Shown one piece after another: positions 10,601 through 18,627 of a stretch of 64,000 bases of DNA. The notes beneath the pieces were generated by a model. The model made no database searches and was not told the origin of the DNA. It saw nothing but the letters and a program-made list of their open reading frames with translations. This stretch comes from a virus (Duplodnaviria > Heunggongvirae > Uroviricota > Caudoviricetes). The position numbers and the translations under genes were made by a program. Numbering within the stretch: position 1 is the stretch's first letter; each line of letters starts with the position of its first letter. Location: IMG/VR virus record IMGVR_UViG_3300035521_000566; one strand, written 5' to 3'.

Positions 10601-11983
10601 TACAATAAATGCTATAGCATACTTCTCATTTGCCTTCTGAGCATATTCAATATAATTATCTAAATCTGCCAATGACTCCTGCATACTGCTTACATAACTA
10701 TCAGCTGAGTCTGTTAATGTCGCAGACAGACATGCATTAGCATAAACAGAAAGATTCTCAATAATTTCATTTAGCTCAGGTGAAATATCAGAAGTATCAT
10801 AAAAATCGCAAATATGCTTCACATTTAATGCAAACACATAATCATCTACAATATCAGATGGTGATGCAGACATAAGAGTTGACAATAAAGAGCTAATATC
10901 ATCAGTCTTATCATGATTATACTTTAAATAGCCTTGCAACTGATACACATAAGATATTGCATCAATATCTGAATCAGTAACAACATAATCGTATATATAC
11001 TTTACCAATGTTGCCATCTCATCCTGATATTCATATGTGTTACTATTCGTTTCGTTAATAAATGCACTAACTTTGACACCCCACTTACGAATCTCTAAAT
11101 CATCATCTGTTGACAAAGCATCTAACAAAGCATCACAATTCGCAAAATCATAACCTTGTTTTGATTCATAAAAGTAGTTCAAATATGCTTTTATCTGATT
11201 CACATAAATTTCATCATCTGTTGTATCAAAAGATGAATCGTCTGAGATAGACACATTTAATATATTATCACAGAGTTTCAGGATACCATTATCACTATCA
11301 TAAATATAAGAATAAGAATAATGTGATGAACTGATTGCATCGAGCGTATCCACATATTCAATTACTTTTAAAGCCCACAACATTCTTTCAGCTTCTGTAG
11401 AAGTGCTATCATCGAGCAACTCACTTACATTGCTGAAATCATGCGAAACGACGACTTGTTTAGTATAATCAGAAGCATCAGTGGCACCCAAATCATTAAG
11501 ATAGATATTGAAATCCATATCTGAGTATCTGTCGGAATAAATCAGATTGGTACCGTGACTTGCATTATAGTTAGCTGTTGCAACTGTCGTGTCAACGCTG
11601 CCGTTGAACCAATGAGTTTCGTAATTTATGTCCAGCAATAAATTGTAAAACTCTAAATAAGCCTGAACATGATTCACACAACTGTTAATTATGTTCTCAT
11701 CACTTGAATCAATACCTGTTTCACATACTGTTTTTGCATCACTTTGATATTTAAAATCATCATGATTGTCAAAAAATGTATTGGCATCACTTAACCACTT
11801 CGTTTTTTCTGCAAGTGAATCAGCTGACTCTAAACTATTTAATAGTTCACTAATTTCACTAACAGTTTGTACTTCTTCTGCTGTTACTGCTGCTTGAACT
11901 GGTGTAGCTATATGCAACATACCCATAAGTAACGCTACAATCAATGTCCAGCTCAGCACACGTTTTGTCTGAGACATAGGCAT
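7622..11983 (-). CDS. large secreted repeat protein: N-terminal signal peptide, about 14 tandem ~44-aa Cys-containing repeats (TYTCxxCGxTxTE...H.W..G.VT...TC), Listeria-Bacteroides-type repeat and Fn3-like C-terminus; adhesin or receptor-binding candidate
   Basis: ORF 1453 aa; signal peptide LIVALLMGMLHIATPVQA; periodic Cys4 repeats visible in translation; C-terminal YSITYVLNGGTKNN...GYEFKGWYTD...ITVYAKW matches the LB-repeat pattern. Confidence 0.65.
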   Translation of the reverse strand: MPMSQTKRVLSWTLIVALLMGMLHIATPVQAAVTAEEVQTVSEISELLNSLESADSLAEKTKWLSDANTFFDNHDDFKYQSDAKTVCETGIDSSDENIINSCVNHVQAYLEFYNLLLDINYETHWFNGSVDTTVATANYNASHGTNLIYSDRYSDMDFNIYLNDLGATDASDYTKQVVVSHDFSNVSELLDDSTSTEAERMLWALKVIEYVDTLDAISSSHYSYSYIYDSDNGILKLCDNILNVSISDDSSFDTTDDEIYVNQIKAYLNYFYESKQGYDFANCDALLDALSTDDDLEIRKWGVKVSAFINETNSNTYEYQDEMATLVKYIYDYVVTDSDIDAISYVYQLQGYLKYNHDKTDDISSLLSTLMSASPSDIVDDYVFALNVKHICDFYDTSDISPELNEIIENLSVYANACLSATLTDSADSYVSSMQESLADLDNYIEYAQKANEKYAIAFIVQNDAEGNSGVLIKDSSDSNSEYDKSASFTIDGNAEFPTVDFADNELYHFTKWYTDEARTTLFDLDDWNNNRASITLYEGYEVHNYNKGATVNPTCFKTGSQAYYCDCGHSYTEVIPADSTLHNYTIAGDVVDATCEEDGYKEFKCSNEGCSSATVEVITHTGHKWNDGEVTVTPSCKPGLRTYTCEICGITKTEEISATGEHTWNDGEVTREATCSAYGQTTYTCTICGTTETRDNIPKLEHNYSSDFTVDVEPNCNQEGSKSKHCMSCDSKTEVTVIPKLTTHSWNSGTVTKEATCEDNGILTKECTVCHTTTTEDIQSLGHDYSTEFTVDTEPTCSQEGSKSKHCSRCDSKTEVTAISKVNHTWDDGIVTTQSTCKDFGIKTFTCAVCKTTKTEQIAKLTEHTWNNGVVTTQPTETSEGIKTYTCTVCGTTKTESVAKLTHQHAWDSGTVTAEPTCAKKGVRTYHCSGCNETKTEEVPVDASAHTWNAGEVTKQATCKEAGVKTYTCSECHDTRTESIAKLTTHTWDNGSITKQPTTTSTGIKTYTCAVCEITKTEEVAKLPSESESPEPDTPIEEHTCVYVSRVASQPTCSEYGTKLYTCLICGEQKTANIAKLQHIWDDGTVVTEPTCKASGVITCKCLNCDTVKNVQIPKLAVHSETEIVNVKGATCTENGYAGDIKCTLCNEILTTGTVIKALGHTYTDVVTVQATTESAGIRTFTCSNCGDTYTESISKLKVICKHASTEIRNKFDATCKSEGYTGDTYCKTCGELISNGKSIVKLSTHQWNSGKVTKKATESSTGIMTYTCNICRTTKTKTIAKLTSGKYSITYVLNGGTKNNSLNLTSYTKDTKTFTLYPATRYGYEFKGWYTDKALTKRLTNVTKGSTGNITVYAKWSKINVAKVANVKLVAGAKQFKVSFDKVSGTSGYEIEYSTQSNMRLPGKKAITGTSVTIKNLKAKTTYYVRVRAYKTVNGQKVYGSWSNVKQVKTK

Positions 11984-12042
11984 CCCTTCTTTCTGATAAA
12001 TTTTATATTACTAGCTTCCAGATGGTGCTAATACTATATCTT

Positions 12043-12071
12043 ATTATATATCCATATATGGTAAAATGCAA
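12043..12071 (-). promoter_or_regulatory. class A promoter variant: TTGCAT-TTTACCATATATGGATA-TATAAT
   Basis: Upstream of gene 7622..11983; -35 diverged but palindromic spacer retained. Confidence 0.5.
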
Positions 12072-12105
12072 TTGAATAATCATTCAGCAATGATTAAAAT
12101 AAATA

Positions 12106-12138
12106 AAAAGAGCCAGCACTAAGATGTTGGCTCTTTTG
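12106..12138. terminator. bidirectional hairpin terminator (AGAGCCAGC...GTTGGCTCT flanked by A- and T-runs)
   Basis: Downstream of gene 12182..13384. Confidence 0.45.
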
Positions 12139-12181
12139 TATATCAACTTGAACTGGGCTTTTATGATTCAAGTTATTTTTA

Positions 12182-13384
12182 TTATGATTCTAACTGCTTC
12201 TTCATCTGCTGGTCAAACTTGCCGTTTGCAAATCTCCATGATTTCTGTGAAGCCAGGAATCTGTAAAACTCATCTGTTACAGTAAATGAACCAAAGCTTG
12301 TAAGCTCAGACTTATCAATATCACCTTCGCCATAAACACTGGTATCGCCATCTTTCGCAGCCTGATTTAATGCATTCAAATCGGCTGAAGAATCAGCTCT
12401 TAAGATATATGGCTCTCCGTGAACACCATAGAGATTACCGTTTCTACAAGTAAAGTAGCCTGTGTCATTCCACATGTCACCCTTTACTTCAGTATAAGCC
12501 TTAATAATCTCTTTGTCGAGACTATGGCTGATACCTGTAGGAGAAACCAGCATATCAGGTGAAATCATACCGCCAGCAAACTTCTTTTCAGAATTAGCTT
12601 CGTAATTCTTCATTTGCTTTGCAATTTCCTGCAACTGCTCGGTATTCTCTTCAGCTGAACCCCACATATCATCCTCATCATCGAAATCGTAATCAAAGTC
12701 CTCGAACTCCTCTTCGTCATCGGTGTTCATATTACGGACATATGTATTGATAATATCCATAATTTCATCAGCATAGTTATCAGAATCCAACTGCTCAATA
12801 TCATAATCCGTATACTCATAAGCTGTCTGATACAGGTCTTTAGCAGCCTGTGCCTGATATGCCTGATTCATACGCTTATCAAGCATCTTCTTGAAATCTG
12901 GCTGATTCTTACGTACATCGAAATCAATCGCACTGGAAAGAGTAGGAATTGTCTGTAATGTATACTCTTTACCTGGTTGTGTGATTGTATTCTTGAACAA
13001 TCGCCATGACATCGGCAGAATCGTCTCGTTTCTATTCCAGATAGGTGAGTCACCTGCACGGAATATAATACTGTTACGTTCTGAAATGAATGCCATATCA
13101 TTGTAACTGATAACTGGTACTTCTTTGGTTGTCATCGTATAAGTTGCCTTGCCTTCGTTGGCACTCATACCCTTGAAGATTGTTTCCATATCTCTTGTTA
13201 CAGACTTAGAATCTGTAAATGATTTATGCGTTATACCAGACATTTTCTGCAAGGTATCAAGCATACTATCATCAGTCGACTTCAGGAATACGATGTTACT
13301 TGTGTTTCCTTGCACTATCTTATCTACGCTATCGCCGTAGACATCTTTCAATTGCTGTAATGTTTGTAATATTAAAGATAGCAA
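12182..13384 (-). CDS. type IV coupling protein (VirD4/TraG/TrwB family) C-terminal fragment (putative exon 2) with long acidic tail
   Basis: N-terminus SLILQTLQQLKDVYGDSVDKIVQGNTSNIVF aligns with T4CP motif VVLGLQSISQLRSTYGEDGAQTLLGNLNN; acidic tail DEEEFEDFDYDFDDEDDMW resembles F TraD C-terminus. Confidence 0.55.
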   Translation of the reverse strand: MLSLILQTLQQLKDVYGDSVDKIVQGNTSNIVFLKSTDDSMLDTLQKMSGITHKSFTDSKSVTRDMETIFKGMSANEGKATYTMTTKEVPVISYNDMAFISERNSIIFRAGDSPIWNRNETILPMSWRLFKNTITQPGKEYTLQTIPTLSSAIDFDVRKNQPDFKKMLDKRMNQAYQAQAAKDLYQTAYEYTDYDIEQLDSDNYADEIMDIINTYVRNMNTDDEEEFEDFDYDFDDEDDMWGSAEENTEQLQEIAKQMKNYEANSEKKFAGGMISPDMLVSPTGISHSLDKEIIKAYTEVKGDMWNDTGYFTCRNGNLYGVHGEPYILRADSSADLNALNQAAKDGDTSVYGEGDIDKSELTSFGSFTVTDEFYRFLASQKSWRFANGKFDQQMKKQLES

Positions 13385-13588
13385 TAGGTAAGAATTTGAA
13401 GTTATCTCTATCTTTTCCCCTGCTCCACACCGTGCATGCGACTTTCACCGCACACGGCGTTCCATCACATTTCTGTGACTTGTGTCCATTCCTACTTCTC
13501 TCATTACAAGAGCTATCATCAGTTCGAACACTACTTTTCAATATCCATTAAACTGCTTATTATTCTTCGTCAGTAAACAAACCTGAAT

Positions 13589-13609
13589 TGAATATTGAAA
13601 TATGCTAAA
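13589..13609. repeat. 21-bp inverted repeat TTGAATATTGAAATATGCTAA, left copy (partner at 14829-14849) flanking the endonuclease ORF
   Basis: Perfect 21/21 reverse-complement match. Confidence 0.6.
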
Positions 13610-14756
13610 TATGACTATCTAAATACTTAGTGATTTTATCTTGTGTATCATATGTATACTTAATTTCTAACAATGGAATATTCAATGAAACTGCATAATC
13701 TTTCTTTAATTTATCGTGTTTCTTTTGAATATCAAATCTTGCTTCACCGCCAAACCATTTCACTGGTCTATAATGCTGTTCGCCTTGACATTCAATAAAC
13801 ATATATGGCTTATCATCTTTATAAATTAAAAAATCATACGATAATTTACCATTACCAACACCAAGTAAGTCGTCGTAAGTCTTTTGAACCTCATGCATAA
13901 TGCCTTTGTCATCTAAATATTGTCTCACATAAGACTCCATATAAGGTTGAGCTTTGCATCCACACGACTTACTAATACCTGACTTTAACATATTGCCTGC
14001 TACAATATGCTTTTGATGACAAATGCACTCACATTCCCACATCATTGCCCTGCCACCGCCTGGATAGAATCTGTCATCAACACGTCTTAAAACTGTCCAA
14101 TACCCAAATACACGACCTGTTAAATCTTCATATGTGGCTGCCTTTGCCTGTCTTTCCTTACGATAACAACCACACGATACTGATTTACCAGACAATAAAG
14201 CTTGTTCAGAAACATCTCTGACAGTTCCGCATTCACATTTACAATGCCACATTTTCACACGACGGTTATATTTATAAACACCATCGACTCTATACTCGAC
14301 ATACCATCTTCCAAATGTTTGGTCAGATAAATCTCTGTCAACAGACAATCGTTCAGATTTTAAACATCCGCATGATAATGTTGTACCTGATTTTAATGAA
14401 TGTGCTCTTAAATCTTTTTCTGTACCACAGTCACATCGACAATGCCACATTGTTGCTTTTTTACCAGATGGTTCTATTACAGAATCAGTTCTATATAACA
14501 CAGTCCAACGACCAAATCGTTGGTTTGATAAATCTTCAAGATTAACACCCTTTAAACTTTCTTTACGGGAACATCCACAACTCTTAACACCACCGTTTTT
14601 TAATGATGATGCTCTTACAACAGTTATATTTCCACACTCACACTGGCATTTATACATTACATTGATTCTGCCACTGGATGTAATCTGATTATCTGTTCTA
14701 TGCAACACATGCAACTTTCCAAATGTCTTGTCACTTAAATCTTCAAATTTTCTCAT
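13605..14756 (-). CDS. free-standing endonuclease-like protein: four Cys4 zinc-ribbon repeats + C-terminal Vsr/DUF559-like (PD-(D/E)xK superfamily) nuclease domain; homing-endonuclease candidate
   Basis: Four repeats of the form W(H)CxCxCG...SCGC...FGRW...YRTD; C-terminus YDFLIYKDDKPYMFIECQGEQHY matches the DUF559/Vsr-like pattern DF....IExxGxxH. Confidence 0.55.
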   Translation of the reverse strand: MRKFEDLSDKTFGKLHVLHRTDNQITSSGRINVMYKCQCECGNITVVRASSLKNGGVKSCGCSRKESLKGVNLEDLSNQRFGRWTVLYRTDSVIEPSGKKATMWHCRCDCGTEKDLRAHSLKSGTTLSCGCLKSERLSVDRDLSDQTFGRWYVEYRVDGVYKYNRRVKMWHCKCECGTVRDVSEQALLSGKSVSCGCYRKERQAKAATYEDLTGRVFGYWTVLRRVDDRFYPGGGRAMMWECECICHQKHIVAGNMLKSGISKSCGCKAQPYMESYVRQYLDDKGIMHEVQKTYDDLLGVGNGKLSYDFLIYKDDKPYMFIECQGEQHYRPVKWFGGEARFDIQKKHDKLKKDYAVSLNIPLLEIKYTYDTQDKITKYLDSHI

Positions 14757-14828
14757 TTATAACATCCTCCACCTGCTGTAGTTTATGTAATAAATATACC
14801 ATAATTTGAAGCAAAAATCAATAAGTTT

Positions 14829-14849
14829 AGCATATTTCAATATTCAATT
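14829..14849. repeat. 21-bp inverted repeat, right copy
   Basis: Reverse complement of 13589-13609. Confidence 0.6.
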
Positions 14850-15305
14850 ATCAAGGTTCGCTGAATATCTTTCCAAGTTCCGTTATATCTATCTTTACAT
14901 ATTTACCCTTAGGTCTTTGCTCTAGTCCTGCCTATCTTGATTATGCCTGTAACATAATAAGGAGTTTCATAAGTTCAATTTTTACTAATCCTCAATAGAC
15001 TTAATTATATTTCTATAATTTGCAACTTAAGAACCGTACATTCGCAAATTCGTCAGATATTCATCATTCTAACCATAGGTAATTTATAGACATCCGACAT
15101 ATTAGTCACCATATAATCAATATACTTTCAAACAGGCGGATTCTAATCACTTTTGAACCAATTATACTGATACACATCATACTTAGGCTTCTGTCTGTCG
15201 ACTTTAACGAGCTTCATACAAATCAATGCATGTCGTAGCTTAATGTGAATATTTCAAGGCGTTACCCTATCATTCTATTCATTGATATAACAGTTCGCAT
15301 AATAA

Positions 15306-18300
15306 CTATGCGGCAAAACTTTTCATTTTGCAACTTGTCGCACTAAACTGTTGCTCCTGACCAAGTCCGATGGAAAGCATAGTCTCGAATCCTGAAATAC
15401 CATGTCCTTCTGACTGTAAGTTACCCAACTCATCTAACATAAATCGTGTTTTATAAAGTGGCTTCTGATTACTTTTAGTCATATATGACTGGTCGAAGTT
15501 CAAGTCAACCAACTGCTTAATCAGAATCAAAATCAACTTTGCATATTTCATCAAATGTGGCGGCGTTACCAAGAACACCATCTTAGGCTTCTCTGCGTAA
15601 CGAGCCATCGTACGAATAATTGCATTCGTCTTTACGGTACCACGTTCTGCTCTACCTGTAATATCAACAATCTTATCCTGGTCAAATGTTGTCTTACCCT
15701 TACGGTAAGTAATCTTGCCAGCTTTGTCCTTCACAGGTCGCAACTCTGTTAAGATACCGTTTTTAACTATCTTGTCACCCAGTACAGGGTCTGTTACGTA
15801 CTTCCTGCCGTCCAAAGAAGTCTGATAACTCTTCTTGAACTGGAAGTAAAACTTACGGATTAACATTCCTGTCTGTGGGTTCACTATTTCAAGCTTAATA
15901 TAAGCTGTCTCATTCGGGTATTTACCCTTGAAATAATACTTAGCCCATCCTTCACGAGTGACAAGGTCTTCGTGATAGAACTCTTTGCCAAGCTCATGCT
16001 CGAATCCTGGGTCATCGTAACTCATCCATTTTGCCTGCATACCAATCAGGTGATAGTTATGCACAAAATCTGAGTTGAAACGAACGCCAAGTCTTCGAGG
16101 GAATGACATACCTGCCAAATCTACATTCTGGGCTGGTGTACCCGATGTCAAAGTCGAAATTGTAGGGTCTGTAAAAAACGACATCGCTGTAATAGCAATT
16201 CCGTATACAGACGCCATCATCTTTTCTGCACCTGCCATAGCTTTCAAAGCATTGTTGGCATTGGCTACCAGCGTTCTCATTGAGTTTCTAGGAAGAGCAT
16301 CTGTTGCATTAAAGTAAAGAGTTAATAAGTCAGCCTCAGGCTTATCTTCCCACAACTTAGACTGATTTTCAACTTTTGATACTTCAGCATCATAATCTTC
16401 CTGAGACAAATCGTCTAATTCATGATTCTTTACTTTATTTGCAAATTCTACCGACGGATTCTTAAGCTTTTTACTTGTCAACTGTACGAACAACTGATAA
16501 GTGTTGTAAAGAGTAACCTTACCCCACATCTCGTCCAGCTTTGACTCCAAAATCTTATCATCCATCTTTGTTCGTTCTGCAAACAGTCGAAGCTCTTTTT
16601 CTTCTTCCAGATAAAAGTCAATCAAACCGTAAGCGGCACGCTTGAAAGCATTATTTGCTGCATTGGGCCACACGGGGTCGTCACCACCATCAAGTGGGAA
16701 GAATACATCTGCAATGTTTTCTACATACATCGCAGCTTTGGTGAAGTCTCCCTCCCGTGCAGCATCTGCAGCCATTCCCAGAGGGTTATAAATATCGGTT
16801 TTCATAGCGTTAATCAGATTGAACTGGACTACCTGAAAACCTCTAACAGTTGCCCTGACATAATTCTTAACCAAAAGCTCACCCTTCGGGTCATTGACAA
16901 CCATATTATTTGGTCTTCTTTCTCTTGTCCACATATCAAGTGTAGGTTCAATTACAGTCTGACCTTTACCAGCTCTGGTGATAGCAAGAACCATCGTATT
17001 TACGGGTGCTGTATCTACAATATATGCTCCTGCTGGTCGCTGAGGTTCGTAATACGGAAACTCCCAGTCAGCGTTAATCAAATCTGCAACTGTATTGAAT
17101 TTGCCTAACTTTTCTCGGTCAGAACCATCTGGATTGTATGGAATCTTCGTTGTATCGTAATACTTTCGAATTGTCTTATCCTTTGGAGCACCTGATGCCT
17201 GAAATAAATCTTCCATGAATTCAGTATCTATAATAGGTACCTCGTCATATAATGGATTTCCATCATCATCTAATAAGACTTCCCCTTTGTAATACTCGAT
17301 GTCACCATCTTCATCCAGAATGTCTGTTTCTGCCCTCTTTGAAAGTTTGACTTTCTTCAAGCCCTTATTCATAAGAGCCATATGGGAAATCATACTGGAA
17401 AACTGCACATCCGACGTGGCTCCTACATCTGGGAACCAATCAAACTTTCTTTGTACTTCTTCTGGCAAAGCAATATGTTGGTCATTCTGATATTGGTTAA
17501 TATCAGCTGTATCAGAAAGCATATTCTGTGCCTCTAAGTTACGCATCATTGCTGTATAAATCAAAGCAAACGTAATAGAAGAACAAATAAGTGAAAATAA
17601 CAGCTTTCCTACAGTTGGCTTCCAGCTGATACCTAAAGTATCAGATACAGATTTTGAACTGCTATCATCACTGCTATCATCACTGGTCTCATCATCTGAA
17701 GCATTAACAGGTGTTGAGGAAAATGTGCCAGTTGACAAATCATAATAACTTGAAATAGTTCCCGCAGGACTACCGTCCAGCTCTGTAATCTTTACATCAG
17801 GATGATTTGGGCATGTGTAAACATTCTCCATACCTTCTGTACTAACTGACCACGTATCAATGACTTCACCTGTGGCTGTGTTCGTTACATTATACACGCC
17901 AAACTTTTCTTTCACAATCTGATATGCTGTAGAATTACTATCTGAAACATTGTCGCTTGACGACTCAGTACCTTTAAATTCTCCAGTGTGCATATCATAA
18001 TAAGCCGAAATAGTTGATATTGCACTGCTATCCTGCTCAATAAGTTTGGCTGATGGATAATTAGGACATGTATAAGCATTCTCCGTACCACTTGAATCAA
18101 TGGTCCATGTGTCAATAATTTCGCCTGTTTCAATGGATTTTACATAATAAATTCCATATCCTTCGTCAGACCTTTCAACTTGATACATTGCAGTGCCTGA
18201 TGAATCTTCGTTTCCTCCTTCTTCGTTGATAGGGTTCCCATCTTCATCCACAGACGTTGTTGTATCTGTTGTTACGACGGCTTGATTCATCAAACTGTTT

Positions 18301-18515
18301 AATCCAGGTGACACAATACACGCAATCGCATATGATAATACTGCCACAATCGCTGTGATTACCAGACAAATGATAATACGACCTGTCTTACCCTGCTTAG
18401 CCTGTAAGTGACCACGCTCTAACTGCTGGTCTTCATACACATCACGGTATCGCATGGTATCCTTAGCCTGCTGCTCGCTAATCAGGTCCCAATTTCGTTT
18501 TGCCATTTGCAACAC
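15306..18515 (-). CDS. type IV coupling protein VirD4/TraG-like ATPase, N-terminal part (putative exon 1), with duplicated extracytoplasmic domain
   Basis: VLAITRAGKGQTVIEPTL...MVVNDPKGEL (T4CP Walker A region), RFMLDELGNL (Walker B); TM - two ~65-aa repeats (GYGIYYVKSIETGEIIDTW...YTCPN) - TM - ATPase. Confidence 0.65.
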   Translation of the reverse strand: MLQMAKRNWDLISEQQAKDTMRYRDVYEDQQLERGHLQAKQGKTGRIIICLVITAIVAVLSYAIACIVSPGLNSLMNQAVVTTDTTTSVDEDGNPINEEGGNEDSSGTAMYQVERSDEGYGIYYVKSIETGEIIDTWTIDSSGTENAYTCPNYPSAKLIEQDSSAISTISAYYDMHTGEFKGTESSSDNVSDSNSTAYQIVKEKFGVYNVTNTATGEVIDTWSVSTEGMENVYTCPNHPDVKITELDGSPAGTISSYYDLSTGTFSSTPVNASDDETSDDSSDDSSSKSVSDTLGISWKPTVGKLLFSLICSSITFALIYTAMMRNLEAQNMLSDTADINQYQNDQHIALPEEVQRKFDWFPDVGATSDVQFSSMISHMALMNKGLKKVKLSKRAETDILDEDGDIEYYKGEVLLDDDGNPLYDEVPIIDTEFMEDLFQASGAPKDKTIRKYYDTTKIPYNPDGSDREKLGKFNTVADLINADWEFPYYEPQRPAGAYIVDTAPVNTMVLAITRAGKGQTVIEPTLDMWTRERRPNNMVVNDPKGELLVKNYVRATVRGFQVVQFNLINAMKTDIYNPLGMAADAAREGDFTKAAMYVENIADVFFPLDGGDDPVWPNAANNAFKRAAYGLIDFYLEEEKELRLFAERTKMDDKILESKLDEMWGKVTLYNTYQLFVQLTSKKLKNPSVEFANKVKNHELDDLSQEDYDAEVSKVENQSKLWEDKPEADLLTLYFNATDALPRNSMRTLVANANNALKAMAGAEKMMASVYGIAITAMSFFTDPTISTLTSGTPAQNVDLAGMSFPRRLGVRFNSDFVHNYHLIGMQAKWMSYDDPGFEHELGKEFYHEDLVTREGWAKYYFKGKYPNETAYIKLEIVNPQTGMLIRKFYFQFKKSYQTSLDGRKYVTDPVLGDKIVKNGILTELRPVKDKAGKITYRKGKTTFDQDKIVDITGRAERGTVKTNAIIRTMARYAEKPKMVFLVTPPHLMKYAKLILILIKQLVDLNFDQSYMTKSNQKPLYKTRFMLDELGNLQSEGHGISGFETMLSIGLGQEQQFSATSCKMKSFAA

Positions 18516-18627
18516 TCCTTTCGTTATTTAGTTTTAATGTATTTTATAAAATAAGCGTAGAACAGGTTAACTGTCTACGCTTAATATAAAATCGTATTCA
18601 GACTCTGTTGTCTGATGCTATTCTGTT

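Larger units (their letters stand above)
13385..15340 (-). mobile_element. ~1.95-kb intervening sequence splitting the T4CP gene: candidate group I intron or homing-endonuclease insertion carrying ORF 13605..14756
   Basis: T4CP homology stops near ...ETMLSIGLGQE (about nt 15340) and resumes at SLILQTLQQLKDVYG (about nt 13375); ~550-nt and ~220-nt non-coding flanks with hairpins (e.g. CCGTGTGCG-GTGAAAGT-CGCATGCACGG at ~13400-13440). Confidence 0.45.
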
